64,000 bases of DNA from Oikopleura dioica. Lineage: Eukaryota > Animalia > Chordata. Shown here in pieces: positions 1 through 12,269 of this stretch. Each line of letters starts with the position of its first letter. Positions within the stretch are counted from its first letter, which is position 1. Made by a program: the position numbers and the translations under genes. The notes below the pieces were generated by a model. The model ran no database searches. It was not told where the DNA came from and was given only the letters and a program-made list of their open reading frames with translations. The stretch spans positions 12,524,001-12,588,000 of the forward strand of contig OU015567.1 of assembly GCA_907165135.1 (NCBI GenBank), in the 5' to 3' direction.

Positions 1-101
1 CGGTGAGTCTTTATTTCTTATTCTTATAAACGATTTCACGGCATATTCTCGCCTCCAATAGAAATTCACATGCCTGAATTTTAATTTTATTCTTTTCCTA
101 G

Positions 102-267
102 CGACCAAGCTGCGGATATGGTTCACAACTTCTTGATTCCCGAGGTCGTCCGACGAGAGCATCTTGAAGAACCACATCGAGAACGAGAAGCTCGACTCAA
201 GGCTGCTCGAAATCTGCTCTTCCCGATTGTCGATGGAGACGAGAAAGAGTGCCAGACCGAAGAATAA
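102..267 (+). CDS. CFAP91: Last exon of a CFAP91/MAATS1-like cilia protein (partial, starts upstream of window)
   Basis: GT intron at 3, acceptor AG at 100-101; exon reads DQAADMVHNFLIPEVVRREHLEEPHREREARLKAARNLLFP...EE*. FLIPEV followed by a basic helix recalls the CFAP91 C-terminus (from memory). Confidence 0.5.
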
Positions 268-470
268 TCCTCCGATTTCTTCAACTTTGTTACTATTCCT
301 CTGAGTCCATATATTATTCAATCTCTTTATTCAAATATTTTTCTATTCAACAAATCTTTTATTTATAATAAAGAACTATATTTTTATACAAAAATTGTGT
401 GTCGTTTACTAAAAAAAACGTGGATAAATTTGGATTTTTTCTAGCTTTTCTACTTTAATTTCGTAATAGA

Positions 471-1412
471 ATGGCAGCTCCACTTTCGCCTAGAAGTAAC
501 AACACTGGAAACATAACCAAGTCTTTCCAAAAATGCTCATTATCCGGCGAACTTGTCAATTTCCAGATTTTATGTCAGTCAACGAATCTCGGCTCATTAA
601 CCGAAAAACGATACGACAAGGGATTGAGTATCCGGGAGCTCAAGGGCAAGCTTGAATTAATAACAGGTAATCTACAGCTGAGCCGCTGGAATTTGATTTT
701 CTGATTGCTAGGATGCTCGCCTGCTTCGATGAAGCTCTCGCTCGAATCGAGAAAGGGCGAGAAGATTTGCGACATGGACGATGATGAGCGACTTCTTGGA
801 TCGTACCCAGTCGAGGACTGTTGCGGGATTAGGGTCATTGACCCAGAATCCTTTGACTGGTCCGACTTGAACAAGATCGAGAAACAGGAAATGGACGATG
901 ATACCTACGATACTTTTAAGCCGACTTCAGTTAAGCCTACTGTTCGCGAATACAAGGTACATCAGTAAATCTAGTTCATACTCATTTCGTTTTCAGAGAA
1001 TTCACAAGCTGGGCATGTTTAATCCAGAAAACCAAAAGAAAGCGCTTGAAGATATGGAGGCACAGGAGAAAAAAGACAAAGAAGCAAGAGAAAAGTAGAA
1101 TTCACTGCCTTTTTCGCCTTATTAATTTTATTTTTTAGCTTCAAAGTTGGCCAGCGATGCGAAGTGACGTTGAAATCAAAGGGCAAACAACGCGGCGAGG
1201 TCAAATTTGTTGGAAACGTGTCTTTTCAGCCCAACGTCTGGATCGGAATCCAGCTCGATCTTCCGTATGGCAAAAACAACGGAACAGTCGAAGGACAGAA
1301 GTATTTTGAATGTCCGAACAATTTCGGTGTGTTTGCCAAACCTGATTCGGTAGAAGTCGGTGATTTTCCAAATGAAGAAGATGATCTCTTCTCGTCTGAA
1401 GATGAGATCTAA
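471..1412 (+). CDS. TBCB: Tubulin-folding cofactor B (ubiquitin-like domain + CAP-Gly), multi-exon
   Basis: EKRYDKGLSIRELKGKLELITG-CSPASMKL...LLGSYPVED (Ubl); KVGQRCEV...RGEVKFVG...WIGIQLDLPYGKNNGTVEGQKYFEC (CAP-Gly, GKNNG motif); short GT-AG introns. Confidence 0.95.
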
Positions 1413-1519
1413 TGAACGTTTTAGTTCCTAGTTTTTTGTATTGAATAACTTTCTGTAAAACCCTCTTTTAGTATGTAAAGTTTATATCTCTATGTTCCTA
1501 GAACAAGCTTTCTGCAGTA

Positions 1520-1918
1520 CAGTTTTTTATGGAATTTTTGGACATCAAATTTTTGGACATTTTTGCAATTTTAAGGGGTTTTCTTGGGACACTTTTCAAA
1601 AGTGCCTGTATCAAATTTTTGGACATTTCCTGCGCCAAAATTTTAAATTTTCTGTTTTTTTGCCAAAGATGACGTTTTTTCTTATCAAAAATCTTACTTT
1701 TTCTTTGAGAAAGATAAGATTGAAGGTTGATCTCGTACCCCTAGATTATTTTTTTGTCTTTAGAAGGAGGATGAAACAGAGGATAATGGAGATTTCCCTC
1801 AGAAAAAATTTTTAAGCGATTTGGATGGGACATTTTTTTTGGCAGCGTGTATCAAATTTTTGGACATTTTTGCGAAAATCTTGGGACAAAAAATGTCCAA
1901 AAATTCCATAATTAACTG
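1520..1918. mobile_element. Tc1/mariner-type MITE (~399 bp)
   Basis: TA at 1518-1519 and 1919-1920; imperfect TIRs CAGTT(tt/aa)TTATGGAATTTTTGGACAT; internal repeats of TCAAATTTTTGGACATTT; no transposase. Confidence 0.8.
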
Positions 1919-2385
1919 TATTCCCATTTGAAATTTTCAAACATGTCATGAAAGAAACAACATTTCCATGAAAACAAATCTTCTACCAACTTTCAAATAC
2001 TTCCCCAAGTTTCACCTCTGCTCATATCCCGAAGCTCTTCACATTATTTTTATTTGATTATATATCGTTTTTTTTCAATCCATCTCCAAAAATTTTTTTA
2101 GAATGACTTGGTGATAAAATGAGGCTTATAACTTCAGCTTGAAGACGCGGAAGCCAGCATCAAAAATATGTGGGATTTCTTATTTTATTTGTCGATAAAA
2201 AATGACGCAAAAGCTATTTCGTTTATGTATTTAACAGTTAATCTTAAAATAATTTAATTGTACTACATAATGCTGCATCAATCTTTAGACTGCAGTTAAA
2301 TTAAGAAAAGAAATAAGTAGGCATATAAGATCAAAATTCGCTCTTAATCACGCAGTAACTTAAAAAGAAATTTTTTAGACGTAAG

Positions 2386-2895
2386 ATGAATAGAATAGTC
2401 GGATTTCGTCGATCTTTGACAACTTCCTATGCCTTGTCATGGCGTAATCGTCGGGGCCGAACGACTATCGCCGGCTACGGTCCAGCGCATTTCGTGAAAG
2501 ATGTCGACACAATGCTGAGGAATCCTTTCGAAGGATCAAAAGCAAAATATAGAATTTTCGGCTCATTAGTTTGGGATTCAACAACATTTAGCAAAATTAA
2601 AATTTGCTAGAGAAAAGTGAACGGTGCTTGAATAATCCTTGCGAAAGCTCTGTTTATTTTGATCGTTAATGGTATTATGCTCGCGCTGGAGGATAATTAC
2701 GGCATTTCGAAAAGAAGTAACGCGCAATTAATGGACTTCTATCCAGAGAGAATGGGCGAAAGATATGTTTATGAGGAAAATAATAAACGGCGGCTGGGGG
2801 ATTTGCATGCGCACGAGCTTGTCATGCTCGAAAATGACGCTAAAGGAAAGGTTTTCAAAAAGATATTCGCCGCTTCTTTGAGGCAATATCTTTAA
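2386..2895 (+). CDS. Small orphan protein with Arg-rich mitochondrial-presequence-like N-terminus and one hydrophobic segment; splicing unresolved
   Basis: ORF pieces MNRIVGFRRSLTTSY... and IILAKALFILIVNGIMLALEDNYG...RQYL*; positioned within the plus-strand gene run; no family recognised. Confidence 0.45.
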
Positions 2896-3056
2896 CAAAA
2901 ATTATCAAATAAAAAAACCTCAAATAGCAATTATTGAATTGAAAAGAAAGATGATTGCTCAATCCGATGCAGTGAAAGAATAACTTCTCTCTTTGCTTTT
3001 TTCTGTATATTAAATCTAACTTATTCAAATCCAATCTTCGATATATCGACTTTAGA

Positions 3057-4492
3057 ATGGCAATAGACGTCAAGAACACAATCGCTCAATGGCGTCAAGA
3101 AATCGTCATGACTTTGAAGGAGTCAACTAAATCGGCCCGCATTCTTTGCGTTCTTCTTGTTTTCTTCTATGCTCTTAGTGGTTACATCCTGGTAGCTCAT
3201 CCTTTTATCTATCTTTCTTAATTGTTTCTAGGGCGGGCTCGCGATCACTCCCGGCTATCTCTTCCCACCGAAATTTTGGGTTTGGACGTTGATCACAAGC
3301 CCGATGATTGAGAACACATTTCTGATGGTTTTCGGCGGCTTGACAGTGATCCTTGGCGCTTCACGACTTCTTGAGCCACTTTGGGGCGAGAAAGAGTTCT
3401 GCATTTTCTTCGGTAAAGCCTTTTCAAGTTTTCATTAGGAACCTGCCCTCATTTTTAGCTGTTGTAAGCGCGATGTCAGGCTTTTTGAGCGCCATTGTCT
3501 ACCTCGTCTGCTACGCCGTTGTTTTCAATGACGACTTGCTCTTTGCTACGAGTATTCATGGACTTGCCAGCTTCAAGGTAATCTTGTACAGCTACGCTTT
3601 TATTGACCACTTTCTAGGCTGGCGTTTTCGTAGCGCTCAAGCAATCCCGAGGAGAAGACACCGTCATTTTCAGACTCAAAGTCAAACAAATCCCATTCAC
3701 TTATTTGTGCTGTGCTGCTGTTCTCTGCATGACGGAAATCAGTAAGGCCAAAAATAAACGGACAAATATTTACAGTACTCTTTCTCTTTCAAGTTTCTTT
3801 TACGTACTTCGTCATGCTCAACACTGGCATGTTCTCAGCCTGGATCTATTTGCGATTCTTCCAGCAGCACTCCCGCGGCAGAGGAGACCTAGCCGAACAC
3901 TTCGCTTTTGCTACGTTTTATCCTAAGATTTTCCGCGTAAGTCTTCAACTTCCTTTCGTTTCCGCGCTTGATTGAAAGTGTGAAAGAATCTCTTCCTTGG
4001 TGGTTGTTTTAGCATTCAGATTCGGTGTTTTACGACCATCAAATAAAAACTTACGATTATTTTTGTAGGGTCCGGTTGGATTCCTGTCAAACATTATTTG
4101 GAACATTTTGGTAAAACTTCGAATTTGCCAGAGAGCCACTTATAAATATGACGTTGCTGCTGCTTCCAATATTACCATCAGGTAATAGTCATCATTTTTT
4201 CCAGTGCAAGACAAACACGAAACATGCAGAAGAATCATATGATAAACATCCCAATTTTAGTCTTCCTGGAACAAGCGAGGCAGATGCAGAGAGGCGTCGG
4301 AAAAAGGCTCTAGCTGCTCTTCAGGAAAGAATGGCAACTATTGAGTCTCCGGAGGAAGGATGGTCGGACGAGGAGGAAACCCCTAAAGGTCAAATATCAT
4401 TCGGTCGACCCAAACTTGACATTTTTCTAGCGCCAGAGAAAGCGGAAGCATCGGTAAAGATCGAGAACGAAATTGCAGACCCAGTTGCTTAA
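3057..4492 (+). CDS. TMEM115: Transmembrane protein 115 (rhomboid-like Golgi protein), multi-exon
   Basis: LAITPGYLFPPKFWVWTLITS, RLLEPLWG, ALKQ, RGDLAEHFAFATF, NITISLPGTSEADAERRRKKALAAL match TMEM115 motifs; TTTAG acceptor just before the ATG. Confidence 0.92.
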
Positions 4493-4935
4493 AATTTCAA
4501 GACCTTCCCTTTGTCTAGCCGCAATTGCCTTCCTACAGTTATTCAATAGCTGTAACTGCCATATAATTATAAATAATCACCAGGGAATCCCCCCTGGCTG
4601 AAGAGAAAACACCACCTTGTGCAATTATTTAAGTTCATACTTCTTCTCAAAGTACTTTTTTTGAAAAATACTCTTTATATATATTCAACCCTTACTCACA
4701 CCTTTGTATCCTGTGCAAAAATCAACTTTCTACACTTCTGTTACTGGGGTTTTCTTCCTTAGAAGAAAGAATTTCTGTTATTTCGAACGAAATTATTTCG
4801 TTCGTATCCATTTTAGTTCCTTTATAATACTTACAGCTTCACCTATCTTCAATACCTGAATTCTAAAATTATAAATTTTCAGAAAAGAATAAAACATCTA
4901 GTAGTCGAGTCGTTAGTCATTAGCATTCTTGTAAA

Positions 4936-6722
4936 ATGGGATGTCTCATGTCAAAACCAAAGCCTCCCAAGGCGCCTGGACCATCGGGAGGCCCATTCAA
5001 CAATGTAAATCAACAGTCTTTCATGGCGCAAGATGCTCCAATTCATATCCAACCGGGTCAAACACATCGTCAACAACCACCTCCTCATCAAAATCCCTAC
5101 ACAGAAACTAGCGCTATCAATAATTACGTTGCTCTTTTCGACTATCAAGCTCGAATGGAAGGCGATTTGAGTTTTAACAAAGGAGAAAGGCTTATTATTT
5201 TGAACAATAATCAAGGTTAAAACTATCAAGAAATAAATATATTTTTATACCAATTTAGGTGACTGGTGGGAGGCAAAGAAGCTAACTACCGGAGAGCGCG
5301 GTTATGTCCCCTCTAATTATGTCGCCGAAGCTGACAGTATAAAGGCAAAAGAGTGGTTCTTCGGGCCAATTCGCAGAGTGGACGCCGAACGATGTCTTGG
5401 AAACAGAGCTCCAGGCACCTTTCTTATTCGGGAGGCTGAAACCATGGTCAATACCTATAGGTTTGCGGCTACTTCTTTCGAACGGATGATGAGCGATTTT
5501 TTAGTCTTTCTGTTGTATCTGAATCGCGAGCTGTCAAACATTATAGAATACGAAGATTAGATAATGGTGGATTTTATATTTCAACGAGAGTAACGTTTGC
5601 AACGATGGACGATCTTGTTTTGCACTACTCTAGGACGAGTGATGGACTCTGGTAAATCTTCCTCGAGATGAAAATGCGGCTAAAAACGTTTGCTTTCTAG
5701 TTGTCGATTGCTTCAGTCATGCCCACAGGAAATTGCTGATGTTCGAGATCTAGGGCGAGATGTTTGGGAAGTAAATCATCGAGACATTCAGCTGACCGAT
5801 AAACTCGGCAGTGGAATGTTCGGAGAGGTAAACAGTTTTTTCTGTAAGCCTTTTCTATGTTGCGTTTTAGGTCTGGAAAGGCATCTGGAACGGAAGAGTA
5901 GACGTTGCCGTCAAGAAAATGAAGCCTGGATCGATGGATCCTGAAGCTTTCAAAGCAGAAGCGACAGTCATGAAGACCTTGAGGCATCCAAGATTAGTCT
6001 CACTATTTGCCGTATGCTCATCCGAGCCGTTGATGATCATTACGGAAATTATGACCAATGGATCCCTGCTTACGTATTTGAAAGATCGAGCAGGAAAGCA
6101 TGCAACTCTGCCACAGCTCATAGATATGGGAACGATGGTTGCGCAAGGAATGGCCTACATAGAGGTGAATAAAAGCTTTTCTATGTTTTTCTTGAGAATT
6201 GATTTAGCGCATGAACTACATCCACAGAGATGTTCGAGCAGACAACATGCTTGTCGGTCAAAACGGAATCGTCAAAGTGGGCGATTTCGGCCTCGCCCGA
6301 TTGTTGGACGAAAACATTTACAATCCCGATTCTGCAAACATCAAATTCCCGATCAAGTGGACCGCTCCAGAAGCGGCATTGTACTTCAAATTCACTATTA
6401 AATCCGATGTCTGGAGTTTTGGAGTATTGATGACAGAGATAATAACGAGGGGAAGGACGCCATATCCAGGAATGAACAACAGACAGGTCAGAGGATCCTT
6501 CTAAATTGCGTGTTACAAGATTTTTTTCAGGTATTGGACTTTGTAGAACGCGGAGAAAGGATGACAAAACCGAGCCAGTGTCCGCCCCATCTTTGGGAAA
6601 TCATTATGTCGTGCTGGCAAGAACAAGCTGACCGTAGGCCGACCTTCGAAGCTCTTCAAAATCAACTGGAGGACTTCTTCATCGGCGCGGAAAAGCAATA
6701 TGCTGATACTGGCGGCTTCTAA
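4936..6722 (+). CDS. Src-family non-receptor tyrosine kinase (myristoylation-SH3-SH2-kinase)
   Basis: MGC N-terminus; SH3 [10 protein letters not shown]...LSFNKGE...GDWWEA...GYVPSNYV; SH2 WFFG...GTFLIREAE; kinase [36 protein letters not shown]-terminal Tyr (KQY). Exact orthologue not assigned. Confidence 0.95.
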
Positions 6723-7420
6723 GAAACCCTCTCCTATCTGGAAATATTTTTTCGCTCCCTCTCAAGATCAATTACTATCAATTTTTGGACAACAATGCAA
6801 TAACAGATCTACCAATCCGCCAAAACGCTTTCAAAATTGAGAATCACCCTGAAAAGATTTTCTTCAATCGTGTCCCCAATTTTCTAAAATATGTGAAAAA
6901 GCACCTCTTGTCATCAAACCAAAGAATTTATTTTCAATTTGTAGAGTATAATTTAAGAAAAAACAAATATCAACTTGAAGTGTTTTCATAGACGACCACA
7001 ATTTTTTTTCTTTTTATGAAATGAGATCAGACCGCTTCCTTATCAGTTATCGATTTCCGCTTTTTAATGGTACCAATTTATTGTTCATATTTAACCCTTA
7101 TCCTCCTAAAATGCCTTTTGTTCCTTTTATCATTCCTACCATTTTACGTTTATTTCACCTTGAGCGTCTCTAGCTTTAGGTAGGACTCTGAAAAAGACTT
7201 TTGCTACACGCCTATTGCTTCCTACAATCTCTAACTGTAACTGTATAAAAACCCAACTTAGAAGAAAAATAATACCTGCCCTTCCATTTCTGTTCCCATT
7301 TCTTTCAACCTGAACTACGAGTGATTTTTTAATGTGCAAATACTAAATATACGAAAAAAACATCAAGTCTCTGATCGATATTTTTTTAAGATGAGGTAGG
7401 ATACAAGTGAAGACAAAAAG

Positions 7421-8208
7421 ATGAATGTTTTGGCAAGTTGCTGTGGCCCTTGTTTTGGCTGGGAGACGCTTGTTGAGGAGCCTGAAGGTGAGAGAGAATT
7501 CTTTCTACATTTGCGGTTGAAATAGGATGGGGTCTTATTTTTGATGTCTCCCTTCCTTTAATCCATCACAAGCCTAAAACTATCCTAGATACAGCAAGCC
7601 GGCCTCAAGTTAAACTCGATGCCCTAAACATGGGATTGGATGCAGTTATCGTTAAAAATGGCACACGCGTCTGTGGATCTGGTGCAGTTCTCGCTTCCGC
7701 CCCGATTATGCAGGACAAGGCATATTTTGAAGGTAGATACAGAGTCCGTATTACAGACATTGAGACAAAACGATGCTCATGTGAGTGTTCTAGTGAAGGT
7801 TCAGTCCGATGGGATCTGGGGGTGTGGCGTTGCCGCAGAACAGTGTGACCTTAACAAAGTCCCTACTACTGACAAGTCGTGGATGCTGACGTCGGAGAGG
7901 ACAATTCAAAAAGAAGGGACAGATGTAGAAAGCGTCGATGAGATTTGCGAGGGAGATGTGATCGGAGTCACTTATGACCACGTCGAGTTGCAGTTCTACC
8001 TCAATAGCAATCCTCTAGGTAATTCTTTGTAGAACCTTATCAGTCTAACTTATTATTGTTAGGGAATCCCGTAACAGGAATACGAGGAAAAATCTACCCA
8101 ATTCTGTACGTCGATGAATCCGCCATCTTAGACGTTGAATTCGTCCATTTCCGAAACATGCCTCCTTCCGGCTTTGGCCAAATTATGTTCGAACAAAATA
8201 TTTTATAA
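7421..8208 (+). CDS. SPRYD7: SPRY domain-containing protein 7
   Basis: VKLDALNMGLDAVIVKNGTRVCGSGAVLASAPI; EGDVIGVTYDHVEL; GIRGKIYPILYVDESAILD...FEQNIL*. Confidence 0.93.
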
Positions 8209-8567
8209 AACCAATCTAGTTCTGTTTCAAAAGCTCCTCCAACATTTCGATTCTTGACCTAATTTATACATATTCAGACAATTCGCTATTTTTTTCTAAG
8301 TTTTTTCTTGTTCCTAACCAATTTTTAAATTTGTGAATATAAATTTTCAGTTTCAAAACAATTATTACATGCCTTCAAGTTACAGTATATCGAAATTATT
8401 ATATAACATTTTATTCATGTGCTCATTTTTCTCCATTTCCAAACAGTACCTTACAGTATCTACCGGTAGTTCTCTGCAACTCTTCTTTGCCGACTTACAA
8501 TACTGACAAAATTTGTACAGATCAGCATCGAAAATTTCGATTGTTTCAGATAAAGAGATCGGCCGCC

Positions 8568-8984
8568 ATGGAAAAACAAGAAACTGAAGAGGTCGAAAAA
8601 GTCGATGATCTCTTGAACACATTTAACTCCCAGCTCAAGTTCGAGCAAAAAGCAGATCAGAACAAAACCAGCAAAAGATTTAAGCCTTACAAATCGAAGA
8701 AAAGAAAGTCGAAGAAATCCGCATCCAAGGTTAGAAATTGAACTCTTCCTTGATTTCAACGATCTGTTTATTTTCAGGAAGAGGCAAAAGCTAGCCAGGA
8801 GAAACCTCCTTCTCCAGTGTTTAAAAATTGCTCGATCGAAAGTCGATCAACAGAGTTTTCGCCAGAAGACCTTCATCCTTGCTACGAGGAAGAAGTCAAT
8901 GTCAATGAACTTTGCGCGTATCTGGAAAACGCCGAACTTATTCCACGAAAAATGTCCAGCATGGCAGAAGCTATCTATGGCTGA
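8568..8984 (+). CDS. OSER1: OSER1-like (oxidative stress-responsive serine-rich 1) protein
   Basis: Two exons; C-terminus EVNVNELCAYLENAELIPRKMSSMAEAIYG resembles the OSER1 IPKKMSHMAEMMYT tail; TTTCAG acceptor upstream of the ATG. Confidence 0.75.
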
Positions 8985-9274
8985 ATGTTTCTTTGTTCTC
9001 TCCTTATACCTCCTCCTCTTTTCTTTTATTGTCATTTATTTGCATTTATACTAAAATTATAAAAACAACAACGACTGATAATTTATGTGTTTCTCTTATT
9101 TAAATTGCGAAAAAAAAATCTTTTTTTCGCGATTTTTTCAAATCTCTGGTTCAACTTTTTCTGATCTGTCCTGCTTTCAATTCTTCCGAAAAAAAACTAC
9201 TCATTCACAGAAAAAAATAAATAGTCCATTACCATCTACTCAATTTTAGAAACTTTCCTCCAGTCAATCCAATT

Positions 9275-9776
9275 ATGCCAGAGAAAGATGAAAAACCCGT
9301 CACTGCCGAAAAAGTAAGAGCCGTTTACCGAGGCATTTTTGACGTTTTATTCTAGCAAGAACTCATTGATCTCTACAAGCAAAAAGTTGAGCTACAGAAA
9401 TGCCTGATGGACTTGGAAAAGCAAATCTATGGTTTCGAAGAAGGATATCTAAATGATACGAGAGAGTGAGTCTTTCTTTGTTTTCCCAGTTGACCGAATT
9501 CTGAAGCTTTGGAAATGTTGTCATCGGCTGGGAAAATTTCAACGCAGAGTCGAACAGAAACAGAAATAAAGTTGACAAAAAACATACTGCCAAAAGAATT
9601 AGAAATTCTGAACGAATCTTCAGCACGTCTAGGTTCGATATCGCAAACAAATTTTTATATACCGACAATTTAGCGTTACGTCTTTTGAAGTCAACCCATC
9701 GCTGAAGGAAAAAGACACAGACGATGAAGGGCAAATCGATGAAAACCCAAAGAAAAAGAAGAAAAAGGCCGCTTAA
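9275..9776 (+). CDS. MEAF6: Chromatin modification protein EAF6 (NuA4/MOZ subunit)
   Basis: ELIDLYKQKVELQKCLMDLEKQIYGFEEGYLNDTRDFGNVVIGW...ERIFSTSSVTS; four exons with GT-AG introns. Confidence 0.9.
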
Positions 9777-10358
9777 TTTCCTTTTCTCTGTTTTTCCTTT
9801 CATATTCAATACATTCATTAAAAACCCAAAAGGCACAAATAAACAGCAGCATTTTCAGGACTTTAGCATATGCATCAGGGTATACCCTGATTCTTTATTG
9901 ACGCAACTCTGTATCTATATGAACCGCAGAATGACCACTAGGTTGGTCCAATCGCCACCGTGCAGCAGCCTTTTAATAACAAAGAGTAAAAAACGCGACA
10001 CTTTGAAAAAAGCGAGTAGCGAGTCTTCACCTTTTCAGCCGGAGCTTATTGAATTAGAAAGAGCAACTCATTTTTTATTTTGGCACGAAAAATTTGGAGA
10101 CTTATTTTTATAGGAAGATTAGTTTTAAGGCAAGAGAATCTTCTACAGGCTGAATGTTGCAGAAAAAAGTGTTTGTTAACAATTTAATTAAAATTGTTTT
10201 ATTAAAAAAAAACAAATAGATTTTTCAGTGTAATTTTCTTTATAAACTGTAGTAGAGCTAATAAGAGCGTATTTTATTATTTAGAATTCCTCAAAAAATA
10301 GCTTCAGTTTCTCCATTGAATCGGAATCTGACAGGGCACGTATTCGTTGCAGTTGGGA

Positions 10359-12237
10359 ATGTTGCAACGCGCAACTTTGATGCTCTCTGGCCGAGTGGTT
10401 CCCAGCTGGCTGAGGGTCGCTGTAGCGAGCCGGCGGCAGTATTCAAGCTCGAATGAAAATAGGGAGAATGTAAAAAAGACGCTGAACTCAAGAACGGACT
10501 CGGATATGGCGCGTTTCTTCCTCCAGGGCACAATACCGAAACAGATTCCCAGACACCTTCATGACGACTTTATCCAGCTTACTAAATATGAACAAGGGAA
10601 GGAGTGGACAACATCGTTTTTTACTCAAGAGCCATACAATGTAACTAAGTTTATATACCAATTTCTAATTGAGAAAATCCACTTGTGAGAACGCATCTAC
10701 GAAAAATATTCAAAACTTGCTGAAGCAGAAACTTCTTCAAATAGCGCCGAAAGTATTATTTCTGTCGAGTATTTTACTCTGAATCAGAGAAGACAGATCA
10801 TAGAGTTGTCGCGTGGAGGTTTGTCTGCGGATTTAATTGCCCTGCAATTACGAGTGCCAGTAGAAGGGATTGATGATGTCCTGGAGAAAAATGAAGAGCT
10901 GCGGAGAAAGAAACCAAGGTAAGAGAAACACGTTAGAATTTTTGCAGTATTTTATTCTGGCTCAGATCGTGTGAACTTTTTGAGTCTTTGTATATTTCTT
11001 CCTGAAGTAAATCTCATTTTCATAAAAGCCATCAAGCTGATGGAACATAAATCGAACCAGTAGAAGTAGCTCACATTTCATATAGAAATATTTTTTTCTC
11101 TTCTTGCTTTAGGTTTATACAGGCGTCTCTTATGGTCGAACGAGCGATAATCAATCTTCAGTCAACCGTTTTATTCGAAAATTTTTCATGCACGATTTCA
11201 TTCTTTTGCATATCCAAGGCATATGCAAGTGCAAACGAACCAAATTTACCCTCAAGCCTTTCCGAATTTTCTAAATATCCTTCTAATGTTTTACTCTGAT
11301 TTTTAGCATCGAAGATGAAATTTGGATTAATCAGCGAGCAAATAGTCTGATGAAAGAAAGTCCATGGGGATTCAAAACTCCCGACGCTTACAAAAGAGTC
11401 CGCGCTGCGAAGAAGCGGGTGATCCGCGACTACAAACAGAGAAAAGAGGCTTATCCTCCCCTACTTGAAAACAGAGTTCAAAAATTTTCGGCTCCCGGGC
11501 AGGGGAGCGGCGGCCGGCCGGGCGCGGGCACGCTGCCCGCATGCGCCCCCGGGCCTCGCGGTCTCAAGCGCCCGAGCCCGTCAGAGGCCGCGGCCAGTTT
11601 TTATGATTACACCGTGCCCGCGTGAGCCCCCGGGCCTCGCGGCCTCAGGCGCCCGCGCCCGTCAGGGGCCGCGGCCAGTTTTCGTAAGAGAAGAAGAAAT
11701 TTTCGCCGAAAACTTTGAAATTTTATATAAAAATTGAGACTTTTGTCGGAAACCCGTGAAAGAGTTCTCTTTAAAAATAACCCCTAAAATTGGCTCAAAA
11801 TTTGGTCTAAATCAAGATTTTCGCAAATTTCCGAACTTTTCGCATATTTTTTGACGGTTAACTTATTCAAGTCATCGAATTGAAGCTGAAAATACCGATT
11901 GAAATTTGGTCACTTTGTACTCGCGGGCGCGGCCGGGCGCGAGCAGGAGGGCAAGGGCCCGCGCCCGCGTGAGCCCGCGGGCACCTTCAATTTCTTGCCC
12001 GCGCCCGCGTAAGACCGCGGGCACCTTCAGTTTCGGGCCCGCGCCCACCTGAGCCCCCGAGCTTCATCAATTTTGTGCCCGCGCCCGCCTGAGCCCCCGA
12101 CCATTTTTCCATTCCGAGCCCGCGCCCGCCTGTGCCCGGGCAAATCGCGGGGTTTTTGAACTCTGCTTGAAAACCCAGACCCAAAAGTTGAAAACTTTCA
12201 TGTCTCTGTCATCGATTCTAAAAACTCCCCAGTTTAA
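10359..12237 (+). CDS. Orphan, probably mitochondrion-targeted protein; last exon interrupted by a transposon
   Basis: MLQRATLMLSGRVVPSWLRVAVASRRQYSS presequence-like start; several exons; last exon ...YPPLLEN continues in frame as PDPKVENFHVSVIDSKNSPV* (stop 12235-12237) once 11472-12165 plus one TSD is removed. Internal exon structure only partly resolved. Confidence 0.6.
11472..12165. mobile_element. Non-autonomous hAT-like element (694 bp) with GC-rich internal repeats
   Basis: Perfect 13-bp TIR CAGAGTTCAAAAA / TTTTTGAACTCTG; 8-bp TSD CTTGAAAA at 11464-11471 and 12166-12173; subterminal GCCCGCGCCCG-type repeats. Confidence 0.88.
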
Positions 12238-12269
12238 AAGCATCAAAATTACCAAAGGGTCATTTTAGA

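Noticed and set aside
2611-2631. In-frame TGA as selenocysteine or recoding
   Set aside because: No redox motif or SECIS seen; unresolved splicing is the simpler explanation.
7136-7339. Minus-strand ORF with a hydrophobic stretch divergent from SPRYD7
   Set aside because: TTG start only, no recognisable family, and the only 3' intron candidate is 23 nt.
11350-12255. Pro/Gly/Arg-rich ORFs as independent genes
   Set aside because: They read through the GC-rich transposon repeats.
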